The notes: a model not told the origin generated them from the letters alone. Shown: positions 1-16,352, counted from the first letter of the stretch. The stretch: DNA of 64,000 bases from Octopus vulgaris (GCA_951406725.2 OX597820.1:62310001-62374000); one strand, 5' to 3'. Program-made: numbers and translations.

Positions 1-778
1 ACTCATCCTGACATACAGCTCTCAAATTCATCCCTACCACTCATCCCTAATGAATCAATAAACCGGATGTTATTGATCTCTGATATTTCATGATTGAATC
101 ACAAAATATTCCTGGTAGAGTAAATCCACTGGCTCTGCATAACTATTAAATCTTCCAATAAAACTTTCTTTTGATCTTTTCACCAAATACAAAAATCTCC
201 ATATTTAAACTATTTGAAGCTTTTCCTGAGAAACATGAATGATTTCTTCGGGCAGCACAAATGCGAAATCCAAACCGCACTGCACACACTCATGATCTAT
301 GGTACCTACAGCCCAATCGCTTCCAATATTGATTGAACCAACGAGGCAACCTCTGCGTGATCAGTCGATTTGCTAGAAATAATAGACACCTATCCTTCAA
401 TTCGCATTACCATAAAAACAGCTGGACGCAGTAGAGAATGCAGTCTTATAGAAAAATAGGATGGACTCGCTAAAAATGACTTTGAGCAGAATTCCGTAGG
501 ATTAGTGGGGATTTAGGGTTAAAGAATAATGCAATTAATCTAATATAGCTTTCTTATAACAAATTCATTTTTTTATTTCGAAAATTCACTATCATGTTGT
601 TTTGATGTGTGTATATATGTATGTAGGTATATATGTATGTATGAGGCGACTAGTTGGCAGAGACATTGAAACAATGGATAGATTTCTTTCGATATTCGTT
701 CCGGTTCTCTACACTTCTAGTTCAATTCACAAAGAGATCAAATTTCATCCTTTCGTGGTTGATATATAAAATACCGAC

Positions 779-970
779 GGCGGCGAGCTGGCAGAAGCGT
801 TAGGACGCTGAGCGAAATGTGTAGCAGTATTTCGTCTGTCTTTACGTTCTGAGTTCAAATTCCGGCGAGGTCTACTTTGCCTTTCATCCTTGCGGGGTCG
901 ATAAATTAAGTATCAGTGACGTACTGGGGTCGAGCTAATGGAGGGGCTCCCTCTCCCCAAATTTCGGGCT
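779..970 (+). mobile_element. tRNA-derived SINE family A
   Basis: GGCGGCGAGCTGGCAGAA head, GAGTTCAAATTCC B-box, GCCTTTCATCCTT..GGGGTCGATAAA body. An older decayed copy lies at ~645-775. Confidence 0.85.
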
Positions 971-1123
971 TTAAAAGGATATTTAAAATACCTGTTCTGT
1001 ACTGAGGTCAGTTCTCTTTCGCTAGTTTTTTCTTTCTTTGATTACATTTTAATGCATGAGGGACTATATTTAGAAATACAATACATGCTACATCCGAAAA
1101 TTTATGATATTTATGTACACACA

Positions 1124-1187
<64 letters not shown>

Positions 1188-1606
1188 AACACATACGCGC
1201 ATATACATACATACACGCACGCGCGTATATATTTATATAAATGTATGTACGTATATGGCTAACTTCCGACGTCGGAAGCACTAGGCTTGGAGGAAGTCAT
1301 TGGATTTTAAGTTACCTCTCTGAACTCTACTCTGGGATATCAATACTACTCTTACTTTGTGTTATCCCACAAAATCTATGTTTTTGTGGGTGAATGTGTG
1401 TGGTGTGTGTGATTTGTAGTATGTTTCTGTGTGTCTGTGAGTGTTGGTACGCGTGCAAAATAGAAAGTGACATGAGTTTACTTTTTAAAAAGTGGAGAAT
1501 ATATATACACACACAGGCTCTCGATAAACGCGTTGTCAGGAACCCAGTATAATTTGCGGCAGAACGTAGAATTGTTTTTGACTGAGAATGAATTGAGAAG
1601 GCAGAC

Positions 1607-1755
1607 AGCGGTTCGGGGAAAGAGACCGATAGAATAAGTACTAGGCTCACAAAGAATAAGTCCTGGGGTCGATTTGTTCGACTAAAGGCGGTGCTCCAGC
1701 ATGGCTGCAGTCAAATGACTGAAACAAGTAAAAGAGTAAAAGAGTAAAAAAGAGA
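1607..1755 (+). mobile_element. SINE family B 3' fragment
   Basis: AGCGGTTCGG..AGAGACCGATAGAATAAGTAC...(GTAAAAGA)n. Confidence 0.85.
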
Positions 1756-3007
1756 GAGATTCGACCCTTTTCCAAATGAAGGTGTTGAAGTACATGAGTT
1801 TGATAATCCGAAGTTCCACACTCAGTTATACTATTGTCAATGTCTACACAGGTTCAGAATCTCCTTCCTGGTATAGACCAAAGGCTCGAAATTGACATCC
1901 AATCATACGTTGTTGCATGGGGTGTTCAGGGATCTCCTGCACCTGGTAATCTCCGAAAACCACAAGGCTATAGTGGGTAATTGTGGTATTACATGTGTGT
2001 GAGCTTCAAACATAGACGAGCCTACTACCCAGTCAGGATAAAATGATAGTTCAGGAGGTTAGCTGTATGTAGTATTAGACAGGCAATAACTGCTTTGGAT
2101 ATTAGTTTCTGAAATTGCTCGTACTCACACACATAGAACAAGTGGGATTAGCTGCACCAATCAAACTACCAGTTTGATTGGTGCAGCTACTCTATGGGGA
2201 ATAATTCAATACTAGCCGAAGAACTAACGGTAGTCAAAGGGAAAGAAGAAGCAGGCAAAACTGTCTCATTCTCACAGCCACCAGCTTCTCAAAGAAGGTA
2301 CATAATCGAGGAAACGAAAATCTCTTCTGTCGCAGAGACTGTAGTTGCTCTGAACAGTAGTTTCAATATATTGTCCTTGAAGATAAGATAGAAGTTAGAA
2401 CTTCGAGAAAGGTTTTTTTAAAAAAATACGAGCACATATTGAAAGCTATTATGAAGTTGAAATTCCCTCAAGACAATGAGTTTATTGTAGGAGAGTCTGA
2501 AATTTTCGGTCCGAACATCTGATGACCACATGATAGAAATTGTATGTAAAGAAACATACTCTAACACACACACATACACACACACACACGCCACACGTAC
2601 AATCCCTTGCATACACACACACGCACACAAACATATACACACACATGCACACACAGACACAAGTGTGACGTGATTACTGACGGTGAATATGTTTATCATT
2701 TTTATATGTATCGAAAATTATAATGAAGTATAGTTGCAATTGTTTCTGAAATGAGCATTGATTAGCAAACCTACCAGTTCTAACATTGATCACTACACGG
2801 AAAGAAACTACTTAAAGTTCAACGAGTTGTTGACAAGCGATTGGATGCAAATGTAATCGTATGATATATTTGATGTATGCTCTGAAATAGCAGGTTCTTT
2901 GTTGTGTAGGTTCTAAAAACTGGGCACCCATTGTGCAAATGATAAAGAGAAATTTTTCGACCTTATGTTTTCTTTGAAGTTTAGACGATGCAGATTTTAA
3001 AGATTAT

Positions 3008-3400
3008 TCACGAGAGACTTAAGGGGAAAATTTCCTTTTGTTGGAGATAATATTCTGCGTTTCTAAAAATGCAGAATGCTATCTCCAACATAATCGGTGG
3101 CCTTTCTGCAGCAACATCCTTTGTTACTACAAAATTCGAACAGCATGTGCAGTTCTCTACTGTAATGTGTTTCAATATCTGCTTCCTATGAATAATTAAT
3201 TTTTGCAGCTTACATTGTCTTTCTCTGATTCTTGTTCCCCTTAAATTTCTGGATGAATTCTTCGTTATGTACATATTTACGTATCTGTATATAATAGAAA
3301 CAACTGCAAAAAGATTAGAGTTATTCTACTTGGTTTCGCAAAATACACAACGGTATTTATTATAAGAATGATATACCTATTCATATGTTTGCATGTTTTG
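3008..3400 (-). pseudogene. Penelope-like GIY-YIG endonuclease relic
   Basis: VY..KYRCVFC upstream, then YITKNSSRNLRGTRIRE (~YIGxTxRxLxTRIxE), ILKHI..ENC, LEIA and LQQKEIFPLSL (PLE C-terminal pattern). Confidence 0.45.
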
Positions 3401-4002
3401 CAACACCATTTACTGAGAATATTTTTTCATTATTTGCCCGTTATATGCCCACAAAAGCATTCATTTTCATTATCTACTACATTTATTCCGACGTAAATTC
3501 AAGTGTTTCGCTTTTAACAACTTTTAGCTATGGTATGAATTCGATGACATAACATCAAGCTTTAACATAATAGAAAAACAAAACAAAAAGACAAGTGAAC
3601 TTTAGCTTTAAACTACTTAACTAAAATCTGAAATCGAAAAGATCGTGGAAAATTGTTACATCAAGAAACAAATTAAAACTTTGCATTTCAAAAATGCCCA
3701 ACTTAATTCTGCAATACTTACTATCAAAGTATAATAAGATTTTAGAAAGATCAATAAATGTGTGTGTGAGTGAGTGTATATATATATATATCAAAATAGA
3801 AATGAAAACATTTATCAATCTTGGAACATTCACAGGTCCCGCTAGTTATTTTTGCTTTGTAATATATCCAATAATTTGCGCGAATACGTCTACCTTGTGG
3901 CATTAATAAAGAAATGATTATTACTCTTATCACGGCTTTTGTTGTTTCTGTTGCTTTCCTTGAATTTATACTTAATACGTCTACAACTGCCGTTGCTGTT
4001 GC

Positions 4003-4676
<674 letters not shown>

Positions 4677-5255
4677 CTATTCCTAATTTCGGCATCAAGT
4701 CTAAGCTATTTATTGTTACCTGTCTAGCTAATCTACAGCAGACGGTCATTATTAGTGCCAGGTATTGGCGCTAGAATGTTTATCACGTGCTTGAATTACA
4801 AGAGCTAAATTTATCGTCAATATCCATTACTGGGAAGCAAATTATTGTTGTATGGGTATGTATGAGTGTTTGCGTGTAGTTTGTGTGTGTGTGTGTGTGC
4901 GTGTGTAAGTATGAGAGTGTGCATACGTAGTTGATTGCGGGTATAAGAGTATAAGTGTATGTGTGAATGCATGTGATCATACATAATCATACACATTGGT
5001 GCATAACAATGAAAACCACATGTGTGTGTGTATATATATATGCGTGAGAGAGAGAGAGTGTGTTTTAGTCTATGTTCGTTTGCGTGTGTGCATGTGTGTG
5101 TACGTATGTATATATGTAATATAATTATATATATATATATATATGTGTGTGTGTATGTATATATATATATCCATGAATGTTACCAGGTTAGTGGAAGTCA
5201 CACATACACGCAAACGAATACGCGCACACACATACACGCAAACACACGTATCTAC

Positions 5256-5311
<56 letters not shown>

Positions 5312-5699
5312 GCGTGTATGTTTGTATGTGAGTTTCTGCATATGTATGAATATTATCTTCTATTTGTAATTATTTGATTTCTTACAAGGAAGTAGTTTGT
5401 TTCTAACCAATCTTTAAAACTTCGTCTTTGAAATGAAACTGACGAAAATTAAGTCACATGTTCAACTTTCGAAAACCTTGCATATTTTTACTCTTAGCTT
5501 AATGGTTGAATTTACTAAGTTCGTGCTGCGTGAATGATTTATTTTTCTGGAAACCCTAGCTCATTCAGATCTTCACTTAAGTAGTTACTACCAAAACCAA
5601 GCGCATCAATTATTATTGGTATAAATGTGAAATTATCATCTGGATATAAATTCTAGAGGTTTCCATACATTTGCTTGTAAATATATTTTTTCAAAGAGG

Positions 5700-8386
5700 T
5701 ATTTCTTCACATCAGCAGGGTACTTGACTTTTACGTGATACATACCTTTTTCCTGCCTCAGACAACTATATCTGTCCTATTATGTTAGCCGTTTTCAACA
5801 CACCACTTTGAACCGGAAACTATACCTAAACTTCGAAGATGAAACTACGAACTGTCGACTACGTCAGATCGCTACTATTCATATGTAGTCTTCCCGTCTA
5901 TTCTCGTCAGAGGGTGTCGTACACTCGCCACAGCATTTCTCCTTTTGAGATTTCGAGTTCTGAATTTTATTTATTTTTATTTCTTTTTTAGTATCGTTTT
6001 CGTTTGGGCCTTATCTCAAGGTGTTCGGTCTGCTTCCGTTTTCTCATGCTGGTTCTACGAGACTGCATTACTTTCGGTGCTGGAATATCGAATACATCAA
6101 TAAATACTTCTATAGGAATTTCTCTCCGTTCTTCGGTATGTCTCTTCTTTAGCTGGTTTAAATGTCTCTTATGTTTCCAGCCTGGTCCTTTAATTAGATA
6201 CATTTTACTTTCTAGTTTTTTGGTTACAAGGCCATCTTCTCAGCCTTCTTTACAATTTCTGTAGATTTTAAAATGCACTTTATCTTCTACTTCCAAATAT
6301 TTCGTTGCAGCTTTCGTATTTCCTTTACATCTTTCTTTTCTTTGGCAATAACTTATCAAAAATCGATTTTATTCGTTTCGCGAACATCAACGCTGCGGGT
6401 GACTTTCATGAATTTATACTTGAACAGCGATTTACTCTTTATACCCTTAAGAAATTTGTTAGTGCACCGTCGTTACTTAATTCGTTTCTAGCTTTTCTTA
6501 TCGTTTTTCTGAACGTGTCCACGAATCTTTCTACTTGCCTATATTATCTCGCGAGGTAGGATGGAGTGAAAATATGCTTTATCGCATGCATTTTACGGAA
6601 GTTCTTGAATCCATACCCCGAGAATTGCATTCCATTATAAGAAACTTACGTGTCTGGAACACCGTATCGCGCAAGCAATTCATTCAGAACTTTATAGTTG
6701 TCTTAGCGGTTGGTATATTGCATCAGCATACCCCTGGCAATTGTGTACAGCTGTCTACTACGATTAGATAGTAAGCGCCGTTCACTGGTCCGGTATAGTT
6801 GATATCCAACCTATAACATGGGTTCTCAGTTTCCGGCTACGCTTGATATTTTATCGGTTGAGCTTTGGCCGCGAGCGCAACAACCTTGACAAGTTCTCAC
6901 CAAATTTTCGATATCCTAGTCCATAGTGGGCCAATAGACGTAGCTCCTCACCAGAGCTTTCATCCTCGACATTCTCCAGTATCCGCTTGGAATTGTGGAA
7001 TATACATTTTTGTAATGTAGTCAGTACTACAACTCTTTGCGCATATATCAGATTATCGTCGCATTTTGAGAAACTGCTCGAATTTTTTTCTGCTTAATTT
7101 TCTAAAGATTTTTTCCATATTTGTAATATACTCATCGCCTAGAGATTCTATTCTTATATCCTGTGCAGTCACTAGCAGTTCATGGATAGCATTATTCACA
7201 ATTCTTTTTATTTCACTTTCTGCTTGCAGTGCAGCTATCACGGTAGTTTCTAGTGGTTCCGTATTTTGGGAAATTAGTCTCGGTAGACAGTTCACATCAC
7301 CAATTTTTTCGATCGAATACACTGCATTTTGAAATTGTAAATTAGTAATATTATACTCTAGCGTTACAGACGGTTCCCTTTATGTGAAGTTAACCTTTTC
7401 TTTGACCCATAAAGTGATAGCAATGTTCGATGATCTGTTTGTAACAGAAAACTTCTACCATGTAAAAACTTGTGAAATCTTTTTCACAGCAAAGATAATC
7501 GATAGGGCTTTGTCTATTTGAGTGTATTTTTTCTCAGTCGCTATCAACGAGCGCGAAACATGAATCCATGGTTTCGTACTTCGATCCTTATAATTATGCA
7601 GCATAACTCCTTCTGACGCTACCATAATGACCATTTCTAGATCGAAACGCGCTAGAGACAAATCTGCGATTAGATTTTTTTCAGTTCTTCAAACTCGTTT
7701 TGGCATTTAACCGACCAAGCCCACTTGGTTCTTTCTTTAATAAGTCATTCAATGGAGCTCTTAATTTGTGCATGTTAATAATGTAGTTTGGTAATAGTGT
7801 GCCAGCCCAAGAAACGCTTGTAATACTGGTATATTTGTCAGAGCAGGTATATTATCTATTGCACCTGCCCTTGATGGGTCTGGGCGTCTACCATTTTTAT
7901 CAGTTATTTGCCCTAAGTATTTAATTTGAGGTAAAAAGTATTCGCTTTTTTCTTCACTCAAAGTGAACCCGTACTCTTTAATTTTCATGAACACTGCTTT
8001 TACATGCTCCGCATTCTGTTCATGCGAATTACTCTTGATCAATATATCGTCCAAATAAGAGATTGCTAATTCACAATCGGATAACATAGCGCCCATTATT
8101 TGCTGAAATACTGCCGAAGCAACGTTTAATCCGAAGTAACTGGGTATATCTCAACAATCCTCTATGTATTTATTGTCAGATACTTTGAACATTTGTCATT
8201 TACTTTAATCTGTAAGTAAGCATAGGACAGAACCAATTTTGAGAAACGTTTTTCACCATCTAATTTTGCGAAAATATATACTGGCATCGGGAAGACCAAA
8301 CTACAAACTGCCAACTTTGTCAGACCCTTACTTTTTATATGCAGTGGACCCGCCTATTCCCGTCAGAGGGTGTCATACTCTCACCA
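5700..8386 (-). mobile_element. Degenerate, internally deleted Ty3/Gypsy LTR retrotransposon
   Basis: Minus-strand fragments of RT (ISYLDDILI, IKYLG), RNase H (SRSLIATEKKYTQIDK) and integrase C-terminus (KRHLNQLKKR). A purine tract precedes TGTGGCG at 5931. The LTR start 5898-5931 recurs at 8353-8385. Left boundary approximate. Confidence 0.8.
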
Positions 8387-8400
8387 ATAAATATACATAC

Positions 8401-8499
<99 letters not shown>

Positions 8500-9061
8500 T
8501 CTTTTATATATAGAAACATATATATATGTAAATAGGAACACACACATACTTATATATATATATGATATATAAGTATGTGTGTGTTCCTATATGCATATAT
8601 ATATGCGAGTGTGTGCTTCTGTGTTCGTACTGGTTTACGTGTGTTTGAACTTACGACAGAAAGTTCATACGAACATAGACGTTATATATTTTTCAATGTG
8701 GTGAGATTGCGAAGGCGTTAGTACTCAAGCGTTCACGATTCCTCGCTGAGCAAACAATTGATCAGTGATGATTCGTAAAATTTTGAGTAACAACGTAGCA
8801 ATGGAGAACAATAAAACTTGACACAAACACACACTCTCTCTCTCACACACACACATGCACACACATACATCCCCACAACCATATACACAAAAATATATAT
8901 ATATATGTATGTATACCTATGCATACACAAATAATATTATATACCCAGAGAGAGAGAGAGAGAGAGAGAAAGACACATATAGAGAGAAAACAGTGAGTGA
9001 GATGGGCGGAGTAGAAAGATTTACAGACATATATCTATACACATAAATACACACACACACA

Positions 9062-9097
<36 letters not shown>

Positions 9098-9535
9098 GCA
9101 TTAATAAGTGCTTATTAAATGAACACGTATCTGAATGTTCATATATAAATGTATGTATATGCAACTATTTGTATTTAAACTTCTAATTCCTTATACATAT
9201 ACGAATGCAACACATAATATATATCTTAACGCTATTCAGTATGAGTATATTGTCAAACTCACATGTAGACAAACATATGTATGTATGTATGTGTGCATAT
9301 ATATATACATATACGTGCTCGTTGTACTTGCATTCATTCGCACGCTCGCTTGTGTGTGTGTCTAAGAATACGTGCATCTGAACGCATATATATGTTCCGT
9401 CACTATGCTAATATATTTGCAATCGCATAAGTTTAGGAATTAAATCAATACCAGCAATGATACCGAGTAAATAATATTGATATAAATAATAATGATAATC
9501 ATCATCATCATCATCATAATAATAACAACAACAAC

Positions 9536-9579
<44 letters not shown>

Positions 9580-10074
9580 GCAATGGTGATTCTGATGATA
9601 TCAACAACAAGAACAACATTAAAAATAATAAAATTTATAAAAATATATCATTTAATAGTAATCCGCATATACATGTACATATGTATACACATACACGTGT
9701 AAATATGTTTCTGGTTTGAATATAAGGATTATGTGTTTATGTGTATGTGTGTACTTGATTTTATACATACATAAAGGTGCATGCATATTGCTATTGTAGC
9801 ACGTCATATATCATATATTTATACATCATATATAATGTATAAATACATATCATATTTTTATACATTATTAAGGATGTATATGTATGTCTATATGAATGTA
9901 TTTGTGCGGTTAGGCATTTGCATGTAAAGTTGGCGACCAGAGTTAGATTCATTTATAGATAGGAAGTACGAGTCCTACCACGTACATGCATCTTATACGC
10001 ATTCAGAATCTTAGTCACAAACATATAATTTGATTTACCTCTCCCCCTTTCTCTCACTCAAATACACACATACA

Positions 10075-10128
<54 letters not shown>

Positions 10129-10318
10129 TATATGTGAACATACATGCATACAAATGTATACATATATTTACATTTGTTTCACCATAATTTTAATTATACG
10201 TAATTTACCTATGCAAGTATGTATAAAGTTATGCATAGCTGTGTGCTTATTTTGCACAAATATATATATGTATATCAGTATGTGTACATACCTCTCAATT
10301 ATTCTCTCTTTCAAAAGA

Positions 10319-10369
<51 letters not shown>

Positions 10370-10819
10370 ATTTATATATATATATGCATTTATATATGTA
10401 TATATGCATTTATACATATATATATATGCATATATATACATATATATATATATATGTGTGTGTGTGTGTATAGACATACACATAGATTCATGCAAGAATT
10501 TAAAGATTTTAAATTTATTGTTTACGTATATGTGTGCATAATTACGGGTTTATGTGTACATGCCTGCATGTATGTGTGTGTTTATATATGTGTATGAATG
10601 CGTGTGTCTTTATTTATGTATTTATACAGAGACACACAGCTTCCTACAATGGTATGCGTACACATTGTCACTAATCATACGGTGCGATCTCTTCATAACT
10701 TTAATCAATCGTTTCCATCATGTTTAACGTAGTCTATGTTGGTTTCGTTTCTCCTGCATCCTTCCCCTGACATTTTCCATTTCTATCTCTTCCCCTTCGC
10801 CGCTCAATGTTCTCCACCA

Positions 10820-10880
<61 letters not shown>

Positions 10881-11483
10881 TCACTTTTATATTTTTATTG
10901 TCTTTCATTGATTACCATCTTCATATCTTATGAATTCCGCGCTCAGCAGACTACCGACACCGCCACCACCACATTAACAACCACACAAGCATCACATCCA
11001 CCACGATCTCAACCACCAGCACCGCTATTACTACCTCCAGCACTTCACCTATCAATATCCCCATCACCTCATTATCGTTATCAAACCCCATCAAATCTTC
11101 ATTTAACATCATACAATATGGAGTTCCAGCGTAAATAAAAGAGGCCAAGTCCGCAACTGTCCTCTTCTACTCGGCCCTATAGCGGTTGTCATGTCACATT
11201 GACGTGTTGTTTCGTACATACAGGCTATTTATTTTATTTTAACATTTGGTCGACTAAAAGTTCCATAATGTGATAACGTCAAACATCATTTTAATCAATT
11301 GTAATTTTTGAAAATGAGATAATAACGATTAGCGCTGCTGCAATATTTTCTGTTAGCTTTTTACAGTTTTGATGATTTTATTTCATCGTATTATTATTTT
11401 ATGATATTTTTCCCCCGATTTTCTCTTTAAATATTTCAGCTTTTGTTTGGTTTGTTTTCGTATATTTCAGTGCATATGAGTGT

Positions 11484-11534
<51 letters not shown>

Positions 11535-11827
11535 CATACATATTTGTATGATTCTGTATGACGGTGTGTTGGTGTGTGTGTATGTTGAATGTTGTGTCAA
11601 ATACTGCAAACATATTTTTATAGCATGACACAACATACAGAGATACACAGATATATAAGACAGATGCAGACATATACATATTATATAAGTACGTATATAT
11701 ATATATATATTTATTTATATATACATATATACATATTGTATATATATATATATATGTACATATATATATATTGTGTATAAATATATATATATATATACAC
11801 ATAGATGTAAAATTTTTGACATCTCAT

Positions 11828-11879
<52 letters not shown>

Positions 11880-12018
11880 GATAGATAGATAGATAGATAG
11901 AGAGATAGAGAGAGAGAGATAGATAGATAGATAGATAGATACTTATATACATATATATGTATATGTGTGTGTGTGTATATGTATATTAATACATTTGTAT
12001 ATATGCATATATACAGTT

Positions 12019-12196
<178 letters not shown>

Positions 12197-13133
12197 CCAG
12201 AATAGTGAGTATTGTAAAAACAAGAATCTATGAGATGCTGCGCAGTGCTTCTTTAAATCAGATTGATTAATAGTGTATTATAACAGCATTATAATTTGTT
12301 ACCGTTTAAAAAGTTATTCTCATGATGGTATTTAAATTTTGTATATAACCGTTCTTTTGTTTAAGTTGTCTGATTAGCGTGTTAGGATGTGAAATTTTTT
12401 TGCAGTACCAAGCTGGCAATGGGTTGAACTATAAGTTTATATGAAGATTTTTCTATCAAAATTGGAATGCTTTCCATATTATTCTTTCAATTTCTATACG
12501 TATTTTGATCATTGATATCTTGATTCTTTCCGTGATAATCCTAAAAGCATTCTTTAAGCTAACACTTGCTTGTCATAAACGTTCAACTAATACATACAAC
12601 AGAAAAGGTGAGCAAATTTGACACAAAAATGTATGCAAGAAAACACACATAGATGAATATAAGGCCGTTAATCATCTCCATTTTGTTTCAGTTTGCCACG
12701 CCATGTGTCTAGCCCGGCCACTGCCGAGCTGGTGACAATAATTCAATAGAAACGAATGTTTGAAGCCGTGCCCATATCTGAAGAAAAAGGAAAAACAAAT
12801 TGTCTATTTCTTACTGGCATGTAAATTTTAACGAACTGAATCTTTGAGACAATCACGCTTTCCAATTTCGTAATTGGTCTTAGATACCAATAGATTTGAA
12901 AGTTCCCTTGAAACGAAGATATGCCCTGTTTCCTTTATATATATATGAATCAAAACCTCATGTCGGATGATATTATTATACATTCTCGAAATTCATGGCA
13001 TGGGTCACTCTGAAATACATTTCTTCGCTTATTTTCGTATTATTTACACACAAACAAGTGCATGCGCGTAGAAAAATAAGTACACATAATCACGTAAATA
13101 CACACTATCCCTCTCTTTCTCTCTCTCTCTCTC

Positions 13134-13182
<49 letters not shown>

Positions 13183-13537
13183 CTATATACGTATCTACAT
13201 ATCTACATACATACATATATATATGTGTGTGTGTGTATCTATTTATGCATTCATATATACATTGACCTACACCCTTATAGCTACACAAAAGTAATACGCA
13301 CTATCATTTTTTAAACATTTATTTCTCCTCTCTTCATTGGATAGTTTCTGGAAGAATACGTTGTTTCCTTCTACCTCCCCTGCCGCATTAGCAAAGTTGA
13401 TGCAGATACCTTACCGAAGTACTCTGACTACCTACATATGAGTAAGTACATGTGTTACGATATAGCTGAAGATGACTTTGCTTTTACTTGAAATTTGTTG
13501 GTATGCCAATACATTCATACATTTATTACATATATTT

Positions 13538-13747
13538 AAGATCACCTCCGGACAGAAATGACCAACGGATTACTCCTAGAAGGTTATGGCCTTGCATATT
13601 TTCTTACCTCTTCACGCCACCAATACAGCTTGGCACCAGTGACATCGTAACTCATTTCTACAGAATACAACACGCAATCCGGTCTGGGAATCGAATTCAC
13701 AACCTTGCGATTATAAGCCCGATGCTCTAACCACTAAGCCATGCGCC
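13538..13747 (-). mobile_element. SINE family C, short variant
   Basis: GGCGCATGGCTTAGTGGTTAGAGC head; CACTGGTGCCAAGCTGTAT shared with the 59151 region. Confidence 0.8.
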
Positions 13748-14885
13748 AGCACTGTTACTACTGGTATTTAATGTCTAATAAACTTCTAGTAACTTTTAAT
13801 TTTTTGCATTCAGTAGATGAATACGTAACTATATCATTATTGTAAATTATGGAATTAACTATCGTTTCGTTATAACAATTGAAATTTCTTTCATTCTAGT
13901 ATTATAAATTATGAATAATTTTCCCGATTAAGAACTGACTACATTCGGCTGTACATAGTTGGCAATGTTTTTATTGCTTCCTGTAAGCAGGATATGCCAA
14001 CAGAGCACTTTTTTACATGTTACACAGACATAAACAGTCTTTGTTTCTGATAATACATTCATAAACGAAATAACGGTATTTGCTGCGCTCTTTTCTCACA
14101 TTAATTCTGACCGTATCAGTCTCTACACAGCCCATTTTAGATTTCTCATAGAGAATTAGAGATCAACATAAATTATTCACACAATGTAAGCACACGGAGA
14201 GAAACATATACGTTCGCCTACATACCGAAACGCACACATATACATTCGGCAAAGGAAGTGAATATATCATACATATAAAAATTTTCAAAATAGATTTCAT
14301 TGTAAGTTTCGTATAATAAACCTACGCAGACATTCATATATATATATGCATATCATTTGTAGAAACATGCATACAGATATAAAGTGTAATCACTTACACA
14401 CATATAAACTCGCATAATAAAGAGACATAATTGTCTCTTATTCATAGTACACGAAAACTTACAGCTGTGCGCACATTAACTCTCATTTTCCAAAGATGCT
14501 TGTGTGTCTAGACTCAGACAAATTAATTGGCTTAAATTCTTTCTAGAACTTCAATATATATCAGTTAGAAACATGTACGCTTGGTGGCATTCTTACATAT
14601 AAACATGCGTACATACAGACATATATGCTAACAAACCTGTCCTGTAAAATACCTCAATTATTCCAGTCGCATTTGTTTATCAATTTTTTTATTATTCAAA
14701 TATACACAAGATACATACACATACATATAATACTCTATACACAAACATACATTTCTATACGCACATATAACCATTCATGCGTGACTAAGGACTTAATATG
14801 AAATTACCCATGAAAGGTCATCTGGGTATCTAATTTGGAACCAACCTATTAGAGAGAAATTTTGAAATATAAAATACGTACAATA

Positions 14886-15290
14886 GGCGCAGGAGTGGAT
14901 GTGTGGTAAGTAGTTTGCTTACCAACCACGTGATTCCGGGTTCAGACCCACTGCGTGGTATCTTGGGCAAGTGTCTTCTACTATAGTCTCGGGCCGACCA
15001 AAGCCTTGTGAGTGGATTTAGTAGACGGAAACTGAAAGAAGCCCGTCGTATATATGTATATATATATGTGTGTGTGCATGTTTGTGTGTCTGTGTTTGTC
15101 CCGCTAGCATTGCTTGACAACCGATGCTGGTGTGTTTACGTCGCCGTCACTTAGCGGTTCGGCAAAAGAGAACGATAGAATAAGTACTGGGCTTACAAAG
15201 AATAAGTCCCGGGATCGATTTACTCGAGTAAAGGCGGTGCTCCAGCATGGCCGCAGTCAAAGAACTGAAACAAGTAAAAGAGTAAAAGAG
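14886..15290 (+). mobile_element. CORE-type tRNA-derived SINE family B, full length
   Basis: GGCGCAGGAGTGG head, GGGTTCAGACCC B-box-like motif, CORE-like CTTGGGCAAGTGTCTT, internal (TA/TG)n, tail GGTGCTCCAGCATGGCCGCAGTC..GAAACAA(GTAAAAGA)n. Confidence 0.9.
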
Positions 15291-15648
15291 TATACATAAG
15301 TTTATGTAGTCATTAATAGCAGCAAAATCATTATGTTTCTGGATAAAGACTTGTCTGATGAAATGAGTTTATTCCTGTCTGTTTCTCACCTTCCAGAAAA
15401 TTATCATATTCATTAATTTTCATTTCTAGCGTACGCAATCATATTTTTCATTGAAAAGTGGAGCACCGATAATTAAGAAAAGATTTCTTTCTCTGCAGTT
15501 TTTTTCCTACATTTCTATATCCCCATTTCCGTTTCTCCATCTGTTTTCTCTCCGCATTTATTTCTGTACGTATGTATGTATATATAAATGCTTACATAGA
15601 TTCATGCATACATACACACACATATATACATGCATACATATATACCAG

Positions 15649-15694
<46 letters not shown>

Positions 15695-15988
15695 AATACA
15701 TGCATACATGTGTATGCGCACATACACTGACCCACGCGCCTGCTCATAAATGCACACATGCTAATAAAAAAGAACGCAGCTCAGATAACAGACAGAGTCA
15801 ACAACAATTCAAAAGGTTGCAGGACGCAACGAAAATTTTAGAAAAATAAATAATTAAATGAGTGGAAGCTTTATCGGTGAGTGAGTTAAATTATAAGGCT
15901 CTAAAAGAGAATGACTTTCCCCAGACACAATAGAATATGCTTCAACACACGAACTCACATAGAGAATTTTGGAAACCAAATCCCAAAA

Positions 15989-16028
<40 letters not shown>

Positions 16029-16114
16029 AGTGGGTGCTGTAAATTTTTAGTCAATACTTGATAGGTGTATGCACGTGTATCTGCCAGATAGTGGCAGAGG
16101 TGAGAGAATATATG

Positions 16115-16352
16115 AAATATAAATTTAAAACAGAACACAAAGGATATCGCGGTACACGTGTTTCAAGCTTTGTAAACAATCTATTATTACATCAGTGTAT
16201 TATTGATATAAAAGATGGTTTAAAGCTCACTTCAGCAGCAAACATTGTTAGTCCAAAGATTACATCACAATATATTGTAATAACAGATGGTTTATAAAGC
16301 TTGAAACTCGTGTACCGCGATATCCTTTGTGTTCTGTTTTTAATTTATATTT
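16115..16352. repeat. Inverted repeat, ~77-bp arms, in a (TA)n-flanked insert
   Basis: Arms 16115-16191 and 16276-16352, a few mismatches. Confidence 0.9.

Noticed and set aside
13345-13441. Plus-strand open segment ending in GTAAGT
   Set aside because: Isolated, weak acceptor, and no recognisable protein similarity.
13670-13747. tRNA gene candidates (also 49534-49600, 51140-51210, 58996-59065)
   Set aside because: A and B boxes are present but acceptor stems are not intact, and each continues into a SINE body.
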